From Jimgerdemannia flammicorona (lineage: Eukaryota), in the NCBI GenBank assembly GCA_003990765.1, contig RBNJ01000067.1, positions 1-44,433 on the forward strand: a stretch of DNA of 44,433 nt, written 5' to 3'. Position 1 is the first letter of the stretch. The number at the start of each line of letters is the position of its first letter. The translations under genes and the position numbers were made by a program. Under the pieces are notes generated by a model, which was not told the origin of the DNA, searched no databases, and was given only the letters and a program-made list of their open reading frames with translations. Of the stretch, positions 13,249 to 23,955 are shown piece after piece.

Positions 13249-14049
13249 TTAATAGTTTAGTAATGAGATCTTCCTGGTCATATTCTTGGGTTTCATTATA
13301 GAGATAGTATTCAATCTCATAGTTATATCAGAGAGTCATTTGATAAGTAGTGTTCTTGAGCTGCTATATCATTATATAGTAATAGTTAATAAAATGTTCA
13401 AGGTCTTTGATATAGAAGTTCAGATTCTCAGTGGTATCAGGGCACCAGGTAGCCATTTTGATAGCTTTGAGGATAAGACTCTTTAGACTCAGTAAAGGAA
13501 TACTGTGGCAGAAGGTCTGGTTAGAGCAGTAGAAAAGAGATATTATATTCTTATTTGTTCTAATTCTTTTTAACACACTGGGTCTAGGTTCTTTAAATAA
13601 TATAGCCTTCATTTTAGCTCAGATTATTATTATTCCTTTTAGTTAGATCATCAGACAGTATCATCTAATTATTATGTCATAAGGTTGGGGTTAACATCTG
13701 ATTAAGGTAATTATGAGATTTATCATCATTGTTCCTTATTTCAGTATTATCAGTTATATACATCACATCTGCTTCTTACAAAATTAGAGCTATTCTTAGT
13801 AGTGATAGTTATATAGGATTGAGTGGTCTTAACTCTAGAGATGAGCAGAATGTTAGTATATTTGCAAGAACTAGCCATCCTTATCTAGGGTGAGAGCTCT
13901 CATTGTTATGGCTGGGGATTTGAACCTCTTAAAAATAATATTCTCTATAATCTGAGACAATTTTTAGTAGCAACATCTATCATATAGATGAGCTTGAGAA
14001 TGATTCCAATGATATTAACTTCTTGAGTTCCAGATAAAGTATCTATTAT

Positions 14050-15300
14050 CCTCTGATAGAGGTGATACAGATGAAGTTCAAATGTGTTTTACTTCTCTTT
14101 AGTAGTAGAGTATTATGTAGTTGCAGTGTATCTTGGTCTTGAGTAAAAGTCCATCCATGATCTTGAGCTAGTAGGTGTAATTTATGAATACTTAATGTAT
14201 AAGATAAGGTCCTTTCTATTTTAGTTCAAGTTTGGTACTCCAGTTTCCTTTAATGATGGTATAGTATACCAATACTTATTGTTCAATAAGCAGGAGTTTA
14301 AGGTTGGCTTTGTAGTCATAGTACTTCTTTTGTCATTCTTGTGCTTTGATAATAAATCCTCATACTTGCTAGTATACTTCATGTAATTAGGTGATCTCTT
14401 CAGTGACTCATTTTGTCAAATTTAGCTAGATTGGTTCAGTGGGGTCCTATACTTCTTAGCCATATATTAGATAGAAAGGAGTTTATCAAGTAGTAGTTAT
14501 TTTTGAAGTTTGAATACTGAATAAGATTACTGGAAAATATATAGATACCCTAGTTAAGTTAATCTCAGGTTCTACTGAGACCTTACTTAATGGTCTGGTT
14601 TATTCACTCAGTAAGTCTATTTATCTGAGAGTAGTAGGCTATTGTTAGCTATAGCTTGATCTTGAAGTTGCTTGCAAAGGTTTTTATAGCTTTATTGATA
14701 AATTCCCAGCCTTAGTCTGTGATGATTTTCTTAAGAATACTATAATGGCTGAAAATTTCATTATACAGAATTTCAATAATTATCTGAACATTGGCAGTCT
14801 CAATGGCAAAGGCTTCAGGCCATTTTGTCAAGTGATCTTCAATAGTAAGAATATAGTATCTTTCTTAACTGATTACTGGGAGAGACCTAATAATATCTAT
14901 TCCTAGTCTTTGAAAGGCTCAAGCTAGTACTGTGATCAGTATTAGAGATACTTTATTACTTAGCTTTTATTGATAGCTTTGGCAGATATTATATTGTTGA
15001 ATGTATGTTAAAATTTGTTTTTTCATTTTAGGCTATCAGTATTACTTTTTAATTCTTACAATAGTGATTCCAATTTCTTGATATATATTCTGGCCATAGT
15101 TTGTTATCAGGATTTTAAGTATTTCTTTTTTTCTTGAGATGCAGATATACTGATCTCCTTTTACTCTCCAAAGTTTGTCATTGCCTTTCTGAATTTTTTT
15201 AAAGTTTCTTTGAATAAATAGCTTGTGGGCTGGCTGAATTTCTTTCTTAAAACTCCTATGGTACAGACTCCAGATGAGGGTGAGACATAATTCTTGGTTC
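14050..15300 (-). pseudogene. Ty3/Gypsy integrase (rve core plus GPY/F tail)
   Basis: FQRLGIDII..LP...YILTIEDHLTKWPEAFAI...IITD*GWEF at ~14700-14920; KGPYLIH at ~14200. No chromodomain seen. Confidence 0.9.
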
Positions 15301-15399
15301 ATTTAGAAGAGCAGGAAGTAGCCTTTACTTATAGGGGCTCTTTCTCTTCTTATTGATTCTGTGAGATTCTTGACAGGGTATCAATATTAGAATTCTTAG

Positions 15400-15780
15400 T
15401 ACCTTTCTTGTAGATAATAGTGAACTAGTATTCTTGCAAGGATATAATCCACCTAGCAAAGATTTTTAAAGGTTCTGGCTTATTAAACAACTATTGTAAA
15501 GCTTAATAGTCTATAATGAGAGCAAATCTCTTTCCTAGGAGATAATGTTGAAAATAGTCTACTACTTATACTACTGCTAGATATTTTAACTTAGTGACTC
15601 CATAGTTTGCTTGTAATTTATGTGTAACTTTGCTAGCATATTCGATAACATGCTCTCTCTTTTGGTCATCTTGCTGGGATATAATTGATCTAAGTTCTAG
15701 AGCTAAGACATTAGTTGCTAGGATGAATAACTTGTTGAAGTTTGGTTGAGCCAGAATAGGTGCTTCAGTAAGAGCCTTCT
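15400..15780 (-). pseudogene. Ty3/Gypsy RNase H
   Basis: APILAQPNFNKLFILATN...VIEYASK...NYGVTKL...HYLLGKRF...ARWIISLQEY. Confidence 0.88.
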
Positions 15781-15899
15781 TAAGTATATTAAATGACTTC
15801 TGTTGGTCTTCCTTCTAGTAGAATAGTTGGTTCTTCTTAGTAATATCTTATAGTAATACTGTTTTATTAGAAAATCTTGAGATAAATTACTAGTAGTAA

Positions 15900-16560
15900 G
15901 ATACTAATATGAGAAAGAATAGAGTCTCCTTTGCTGAGATTAGTGTTGAGTAGTTCTTGACTTTCTCTATCTTATAAGGGTCAGTATGGGTTTTTTGAGC
16001 TGAGATAACATATCTTAGATATTTAACTTAGTGTTTTCTGAAGAAGCATTTCTTAGTATTGAGTCTAAGTCCCAATCTTCAAATAGTGTCAAATACTTCA
16101 CAGAGGTCTTGTAGGTATTATTTGAATATTTCAGAGTAGATGATTATATCATCTATATATACTAGTATATTTCTTCTAATAAGGTCTTAGTAGATATGGT
16201 TAATTATTTATTAAAATGAGACTAGTGTATTATAAAGTCCAAATGGCATACAAAGATATTTATACTATCCTCATCTAGTGATAAAAGCTGTCTTGTAGAT
16301 ATCATTCTTAACAATAGATATTACTTGAAATCTTTGAAATTGGTCTGTAATAGTTATATATTTGGCTTTTCCAAGAGTATTAAGGAGGTCATCAATTCTT
16401 GATAGTGGGTAGGCATTCTCTATAGTGATCTTATTGAGTTTTCTGAAGTTTACAACTAGTCTTCATTCTTTTTTCTTAGTACTATAATTACTGGTAAAGC
16501 CCAAGGGCTTAATGAGGATCTAATAACTCTATTTTATAATATTTCTTCTATATGTTATAT
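15900..16560 (-). pseudogene. Ty3/Gypsy reverse transcriptase
   Basis: PWALPVIIV...NFRKLNKIT...YPLSRIDDLL...KTAFIT...MPFGL...VYIDDIIIYS (YIDD at 16148-16159). Confidence 0.95.
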
Positions 16561-17179
16561 TCAAACTCAATTAGGTAGTATGGTGTTTAGTATGGACACT
16601 GTCAGGTTGGTTTTATATCTTCTGTATATAACATGCTCTCTATATTAATATGGTGGGAAGTTATTATATATAGTGATAAATATATCTTTATATTCTTCTA
16701 TCAACTTTTATATCTATTGTTACTGATTCTCTATTAGAGTTGTCTCAATATTGATGGCTTTAATTGCTGAGTCTTCCTCTCTAATACTGTCAGTCTTACT
16801 GGAGAGGACTTGCTGTTTTCTAAGAATTCAAAGACTTCTTCCTCATAGGTGTCTATCAGTGATTCAAAGTATACTAGTATTGTTTCTTTAGAAATTGTTA
16901 CTATTTTGAAGTCCAAATTTCTGATAGGAATGTGAATTGGTAATATCTGATCATAAATTCATTTTTCAGCTAAAAGGAGGTGATACTTTTCTTGAAGTTC
17001 AATTGAAGGCTTAAATATCAAATTATTGACATCTTCTGATAGATATATGTCTAGGCTTCTTTGTTGATAAGGCTAAAGGATGACATCTTCTCTTGTTCAA
17101 ATGGAGTGGCAGAAGTATGGTTTTATTTAATAGAACTAAGCTACTATTACTAAGTGAACTTCAATAAGTGGTTGAGTTC

Positions 17180-17580
17180 TATTGATACTTCTAAAGCCTC
17201 CTTGTCCTCTCTTGGTGCTGCTGAATTGGTCTACTTCTTGGATAGTTAGTTGTGATGTCTTGATGAATAGAATCTGACAGATAGCTTCTAAGGAATTAAA
17301 GACTTAGTGATTTCTGCTACTGTTGTGGATGATAACCTTTAGTGGGCCTTGATAATCTTGGCCAATAACTCCTCCTTCTACTATAACTTCTTTGGCTGCC
17401 AGAGACGATCTTGATACCAGTTGACCATAGTATCCAGATAATATAGTAAGTATAAGTTGAATTAAAAGTCTTTGTAGTTCTGAGATACAATATTGCTTAG
17501 TAGAAAAAACAGAGATCATATCCAACTGATCCTTCTATTTGTACAAGAGGAGGTTGTGCCCAAGATAATAATAACTTGAC
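17180..17580 (-). pseudogene. dut: Retroelement-encoded trimeric-type dUTPase between protease and RT
   Basis: All five motifs in order: GSVGYDL; GYYGQLVSRSSLAAK; GGVIGQDYQGPLKVIIHN; AICQILF; RGQGGFRS. One frameshift after motif 1, plus stops. Confidence 0.92.
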
Positions 17581-18699
17581 TTGAATAACTAGCTGAGTTT
17601 GAGGAATAGTACTTCTGTGGTTACCATTATAAATGAGAGCTCTATATATTCTGGCTTGAAGAATAGCCAATATACTCTAGTCTTTAGATTTCTGGTATAA
17701 TAGAATTCTGTTCTTCCAAGTAGATCTAGAGCTTCTATGAAGGCAAAGGTAAGGTTGACTCTTTGATTGTCTTGGTAAGGATTGCAATACCAGTAAATGA
17801 TTACAAGTAATTCTAATAACAGATCCCAAATAGAGGTCTTGCTCTTGGCTTTACAGTCTCCTTCATGGTTGATCTGTTTGCATTTTCAACAGGCCTAGTA
17901 AATTCAGAGTTCTTGTAGAGTAGGATTCTTTCTCTTAACTTGGCTCTTATATATAGACATTATTACTAAGGTAAATACTTCAATATTTATACTAATAATA
18001 GATAAAGATCTTTCTACAATTATAGTGTCCTTGCTTGACAAATATCTCATTCTGCTGCTTGACTTTCTTACTTATAAGTATCTCCTTCAATATTTCATAA
18101 GTAGGTAGGATAATCTGAAGAGTTTGGGTGATAGTATGAATATTATTGTTATCTCCTTCAATTGTGAGAGTTTTCAGAGATTGGTGAGAAAAGACCTTCT
18201 GTTCTTTCTTATAGGGTTTCTTAAATACCTTTAGGATTGGTAGTTGTATTTGTCTGAGTACTAGACCTCATTTTAACTTATCTTTGTCTTCTATTAATAG
18301 TATTGAAATCTTCTTAAGGTCAAGAATTTGACAGTTACTGTAATCATCTCTTAGTGAGTGGAAATGATTATAGTGTTCACACATGCCTAAGTAGAAAGCT
18401 CACATGATTTTGTTTTCCTTCGGTGGTGGTGGTTGTATGGATGGTCCTGCAAACTCAAGTATTACTTGTTCACTAATAGCTCATTAAATACTTTCCTCCA
18501 GGTTCTCAGTATCAACAACTCCAATAAAAGGATCTTCTTGACCACTTTCAGAGTTTTGAGGGACATCAAAATCACTTCTTAGTTCTTATATGAAATTGGT
18601 TTTGCTTTTATCTTCTATAGAGATAGATATAACTTTATATTTTTGCTATTTTGTTTCAGAGGTCTGACTTGCTTTTCTTAAGAATTCTCTTGATTCAAT

Positions 18700-19050
18700 T
18701 AATATCTTGTACTTCTATCTATAGAAGGTGAAGACTAGGAGCTATTTCTTGATATCTATATTGATTCCAACTCAGTGTAACCAATCAGTTCCTAAGATCA
18801 GATCATAAGAGGTTACTGGAGTTATCATGGCTTATAGTATATTGAAGTAGACTTTTCCAACTTGAATAAATATATCTCTGACTAATCTAAGAGAGATAGA
18901 TGCTGATCCATCTGCTATGATGACTCTTGCTTTAGTTTCTTCATCAATTCTCCATTTAATCCTCTCTAGTATTTACTGGGTAATAATGTAAACTGCTGCT
19001 CTAGTATAAATAAGGATTCTGGCATTTTCACTATATACTTTTCCATTGGT
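18700..19050 (-). pseudogene. Retropepsin-like aspartic protease
   Basis: ARILIYTRAAVYII (<-LIDTGA), IIADGS, YDLILGTDWL. Confidence 0.8.
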
Positions 19051-19699
19051 GAGTCTTGTAGATTGATATTCTTTACACCAGTTTTTATAAACTATATGGA
19101 TAGTGCTAGGCTCTAGTATATATAGTCCTTAAACAGAAATTCTCTTAATATCTTCTTTGGCTTTCTTTAGGAATTTTCACCTAACTTCTGGTATATTCTT
19201 GAGAACATGTTCAAATATAAGGCCTATATTCTGTATATAGATATATTTCTAAAGGAATGCTACTTCATAGAGTCTACTATTTCTTCAATGTCTAGATCTC
19301 TTATAGTAAGCTCTCTCATTTCTATTGGGTATTTTATTAGCCAAAGATTCTATACTCATGTACTCATCTTCTTCAAGATTAGGCAAGAAAGTACTTCTTG
19401 ATATTCTTGAAGACCTGGCCTTTGGTTCAGAGGTATCTCTTCTGACTTGCTTGTCATTTTTCTGAAGAGTATCTGAGAAGGAGTGATCATATCTTGGGTA
19501 CTTGCCTGTGAATACTGTCACTGATAGTGGTGGTAGAAGAGGGGTCCTAGGAGGTCTTTCTCATCCTCTGGTCTGTGTTGGGGCAGTATCTTAAGTCATC
19601 TTAGAAGGGAAGGCTTCATAGTAGATATCCTCTTAATTATGAGACCAGGCAGCTTCTTCCTCTATTTCTTGAGTCTCTTCATCTATTTGAATGAGGTTG

Positions 19700-20935
19700 A
19701 CATTTCTGTCATTGGGTGGGGGTTGTTTCTTTGGGCAGAACCTCTAAATATAGTCTTGATTTCCACAGTTGAAATATGTTAGAGCATAAGTACTTATTGT
19801 TGATGGATCTATAGTTATAGCTAGTAGGGCCTGAGTGGAGCTTCTATTGTCTTGCTATCAGTAGTCTGATTTACTATCATGGCAATAATCTTACTGTCTT
19901 CCTCCTTAGTTCTTTAGCTGAGTGACTGCAATGACTAAATTCTTTATTTGCTTAGTAAGTATTATTATAAAGTCTTCTTAGACTCTTGATAAAGGCTGCT
20001 GCTATTGCTGTTGCTATCTGTACTGAGTTGAGATTGCAGATAGGGATCTTGTCTGATAGTTGGCCAGCTGTACTCTTAGGTAGACATTCTCTTGTTCTAT
20101 AATCATTCTATAGATTCTTAGAGTTTCTACTTAAACTGGTTCTTGCTACTCTTGTATCTGCTGAGCTAATCTATAGTCTGCTTCTCAACACCCTTGTGCT
20201 CTAGTAACTTGCTGCTCAATACTTCAATAATACATTCTGATAACTTGTCTCTGAAGCTCTAGAAATATTTCATTGAAGAAGACTAGAGCTAATTGAACTA
20301 TAGGTTGCAAGCTTGCCTTGATCATCTGGACTTAGATTTGATAATAGAAAGCCTTAGGGGTTTTATTGGCAGCTTGGCTCATATAAGTCAAAGCTTCTTA
20401 TACTTCTTATTGATACTTGAGATTATTGAATTAAGTGTGGAATTAGATCTTATAGATATTATATCTGTCTGCATAATCTCCATTTGCTCAAAGATTGTTA
20501 GTTTGTTCTGTTGTATGGATTTTTTCTCCAATTTGTCTTGCTTGGTTGTACTTCTATAGGGCAGGACCTCTTAGGAGTGATTCTACAATTCTGAGCTTTC
20601 TCTGGACATCTCACTGCTTAGCTGTTACTTATACTTTGATTTCTCTAAGAAATTCCTCAATATCTTCACTGTCTGTACTATAGAATTTCTGAAGATAGCT
20701 CATCTCTGATTTGTTTTCACTATCTGAGTCTGGTTCTGGAGTAGAGTTTCTTAATAATGCTTAAGATAGAGATAGTGGAGATACTTGATAAACTGATAGT
20801 ACTGATAGGAGACAGTATCTTGGTGAAGGTATAGAAAGTCTAGCTCTTCTAATTAAAGTAGGTATAGAGGTTCTTAACAGTGGTAGTTCTCTGATTGAGT
20901 GATAATGATTACTAAATACTGAGATTCTGAGAGTT
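19700..20935 (-). pseudogene. Gag of element Y (capsid plus CCHC knuckle)
   Basis: LQKFYSTDSEDIEEFLRE...LLRGPAL at ~20550-20700. Knuckle TYFNCGNQDYI*RFCP (<-CFNCGNQGHIQRFCP) at ~19730-19780. Confidence 0.8.
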
Positions 20936-20939
20936 CCAT

Positions 20940-21215
20940 TCAGTATTGTGTAGCAAGACCTTAATTTCACCTTTGAATCTTTGGTCTATAACTTTTCTAA
21001 CTACAGAGTCTCTCTTCTTTAGCCAGACCACTTTTTTCTATAAGATAGATATAGATTCCTTTAGAGACTTCCATTCTAATATCTGTACTAATAGTCAATT
21101 ACTTGCCTGGTTTGATAGTTACTTCTATACTAGAGTAGAGATCATAGCTAGCATTAGATTTATATACTTTGTTTGAAATTTTTGCAATTATATAGAATCT
21201 TTTAATCTTGATTTT
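20940..21215 (-). pseudogene. dut: Second dUTPase (motifs 1-3, truncated), in frame with the upstream Gag knuckle
   Basis: KIKRFYIIAKISNKVYKSNASYDLYSSIEVTIKPGK*LTISTDIRMEVSKG...EKSGLAK / VVRKVIDQRFKGEIKVLLHNT, i.e. DAGYDL, xSGLA and GVIDxxFxGEI after reversing G->A changes. Confidence 0.85.
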
Positions 21216-21324
21216 TTTAGAGATTTCTTTGAGATTATCTCCTATCATAGTGATGGTATGTGAGAAGAATAATTGTTTGTTTATATTAGTCTTCTTGTTA
21301 GGATATTTATGAGATATATGTTCT

Positions 21325-21332
<8 letters not shown>

Positions 21333-21409
<77 letters not shown>

Positions 21410-21559
21410 TTACTTGGACTTTGTCATTTATTACCATTCTCTCCTCCTACTACTCAATATTCCTAGAAAGTTCCCCCCCTACTCTCTTATATTTGAAAAC
21501 TACCTTGTCACTCATTACTCTAACTTTCCTCTCACTCTGCCTATATATTTTCTTCACCA
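21333..21559 (-). mobile_element. 5'-truncated LINE end (~150 bp plus a long poly(A))
   Basis: Minus strand ends tggtaataaatgacaaagtccaagtaactt-(A)n, like copies B and C. TSD atatgttctctcttttt (21316-21332) / atatattctctcttttt (21560-21576). Confidence 0.8.
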
Positions 21560-22048
21560 ATATATTCTCTCTTTTTGTAGTAGAAGTATGCTCCTTTCTT
21601 TATAAGTTCTTCTATTTTCTTATCAGATAGTTTTTTAAATCTATATATCTTATGGTCTTGTGGACTCATTCTGGAGTTTGTACTTCTTCTTGAATTGATA
21701 TTATTTATCTTTATTGTTATTTCTGTTGTCTCTTGGTCTTTAGGCTATAAGAATAGTATATATATTCTAGTAACAGCTTATCCTAAGCACTATTGCTCAT
21801 ATAGACAATTATAGATTATCCTTATTTACAAATTTTCTCTGATAAATATCTGGAGATAGTACTGAAGAAGTAAGTAGCTTGGGTTCTTTTTATAATCTGT
21901 TCTTATTAGCTGTATTTTACTTCTATAATATTCAGAAAAGTTTCCAGTCTTATAGTAAAGACTTTGAGATTTTCTTTTCCATCATTATAGAATTAAAGAT
22001 TCTTAAGCTTAGTTCTGACTTCAGCAATATAAGCAGAGCTATAGAACT

Positions 22049-22080
22049 GAGTCCAAGTAACTATAAAAAATAAAAAAAAA
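22049..22080 (+). mobile_element. Micro-insertion: terminal ~15 nt of the LINE plus an A-rich tail
   Basis: gagtccaagtaactataaaaaataaaaaaaaa flanked by a perfect 10-bp TSD ctatagaact (22039-22048, 22081-22090). Confidence 0.85.
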
Positions 22081-23576
22081 CTATAGAACTATTAGATAAT
22101 TAGTTTCTTTAGGCTTATAGTAACTAGGTAGACTTTATAGTTAGAGCAATTATCTTCTTCTTCACTTATATTGATTTTAGCACAGGTTTTCCAAATGAGA
22201 GGATGTACTGATAGATTATACTACCACTGGATAGCTGTATCTGTAAAATGGGTAGTGATATTCTCTACTTATAAGCCTGTAGTTATATATATAAAAATCT
22301 TCAATCTTATAGTATTTGTTGTTATTAAGAGTATTGTCTGAGTTCTGATTATTATTCTATCTATTAGTATAATAATTGGTATCAACCTATTCTATAAATA
22401 TTATTACTTGGTCTACTTTACCTTTAAATAAAATAAAGCAGGAGCATTTTGTAGATTTGTTTATTTCAATACTGAGATAATAGACTTGAGTGAATATAGC
22501 TATTTAGTCAGCCAATATTGCTATTTTGTTATCTGCTGATATTATTCTACTATCTCTATTATTTATTTAGTAAGATAGTTAGAGTTCTTCTTCTATTGTT
22601 ATGATATATTGATCACAATTTGGAGTTAACTCTTCTATGATATTACTGAGATAGATGAGCTTATAGGCTAGTAGTTTTGATAGAGTAACTATTGGATCTG
22701 TCATAATTTTTGATAGGCTTAATATTCTTGGTAGTAGTTCTGTAACAGTACTGAGATCACCAATGTCTAGTTCAAGTATCTCTTCAATTATTCTCCTAAA
22801 TCTAGATAATGTAGTAGAGGTCTTACTAGATTCAGTAGCTTGTAGTTCTAATTGCTAGATTATTCTTACTTATGTATAGAGAATTTAATAATAGAAGTAG
22901 GATTTCTTTTAATTAATATAGTATCTCTTGTAGTTCAGAAAGGCCTTGACTTTATATTAGTAATTATTGGGGAGAAAGTTCAAAAAATGTTCACTTGTAG
23001 TCTTAATGAATTCTTATATATATTTCTCATAAAAGTGTCTACCAACTAGCTTGTTGAGATTCTCCTTAAGTTTAGTAGTATAGGGGACTTCTTTGTTGAG
23101 TGTGAGGAAGATATTGAATACTTTTTAAATGGTTTCATTGTTGAGTTTATCAAACTCTTCTTAGCTGGTATAAGTTTTGGTCTACTTAATTATGATTCTA
23201 TTAGATTCTTCAGCTTGAGTCTCAGGAGTATCTAGGGTAAAGGTGCTTCTTAACTATTACTAGCAATGTTGTCAATATTGACTAATTTTGATTATCTGTA
23301 GTAGGTTCTTGAGAGAGGTTGCTTGTGGGTATAGAGTAACTTCCATTACTATTAAATTATAATAAAACTATATGCTGATAGAATTAATATATTATAGATA
23401 ATCAAACTGACTATTGGCCCTAAGTTCTGAGTTTCTATAAAGAAGCACTGAGTTCCAATTGTCTGTTACAGTAGAGTCTAGATATCACTTTCAGATTCTT
23501 GTACTGATAGAAGTACCATACTTATATTTTAAATTGATCAGGCTTAGAATTATTAACAAGTTAGGTCGGAGAGTTC

Positions 23577-23785
23577 TGTGATAAGAATACTGTTTTATTC
23601 TTATATTCAGGGAAAGCAGAGTTGCAATTACAACATACTTAGTACAGAAAGTATTTATACACATTTGAGGCTATGACTAAATATAGTGCACTGGGTATAT
23701 CCATATGTATTTATACTATTTTGAATAACTATAACTGTTAGTCAGAAATTTCCAGTAGCTCGTAGGTATATAACAATTTGTTACA
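23577..23785 (-). repeat. Candidate 5' LTR of element X
   Basis: TGTGA...TTACA ends; minus-strand TATAAATA (~23650) and AATAAAA (~23595); lies upstream of gag X at the edge of the CpG-free block. No partner LTR or canonical PBS found. Confidence 0.4.
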
Positions 23786-23955
23786 ATACTATTTGAATAA
23801 GTTCAAATACTTTCTAATTAATCTTAGATGATTATATATTATTAAAAAAACGTTATATTCCAATTTTATTTACACAATAATCATTACAAATAATCTCTAC
23901 TTTTGTTTTTGGGTTGCTTTTATATAATAAATGTTTTTGTATTAATTGTCCTAAT

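Larger units (their letters stand above)
5500..20935 (-). mobile_element. Decayed Ty3/Gypsy LTR retrotransposon 'Y' (gag-PR-dUTPase-RT-RH-IN plus extra 3' ORF), interrupted by a LINE and a MITE; ends approximate
   Basis: Domain order PR-RT-RH-IN on the minus strand. The 3' reading frame continues across the LINE once the insertion and one TSD are removed. An LTR pair could not be identified. Confidence 0.85.
21290..23330 (-). pseudogene. Gag of a second LTR retroelement 'X' (capsid plus CCHC knuckle); start approximate
   Basis: LFKGKVDQVIIFIE; HFTDTAIQW*YNL...LKKLII**FYSSAYIAEVRTKLKNL. After removing the insert at 21333-21559 the frame reads FKKLSDKKIEELIKKGAYFYYKKREHISHKYP (<-GACFYCxxxGHxxxxCP). 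Confidence 0.75.

Noticed and set aside
14050-21215. Endogenous retrovirus or caulimovirid, suggested by the dUTPases
   Set aside because: RT, RH and IN motifs and order are Ty3/Gypsy-like, an integrase is present, and no env or movement protein was recognised.
5200-23800. Alternative genetic code (TAA/TAG/TGA read-through) or organellar DNA
   Set aside because: Stops fall at Gln, Trp and Arg positions and come with frameshifts and missense transitions, which indicates mutational decay. Neighbouring genes use the standard code.
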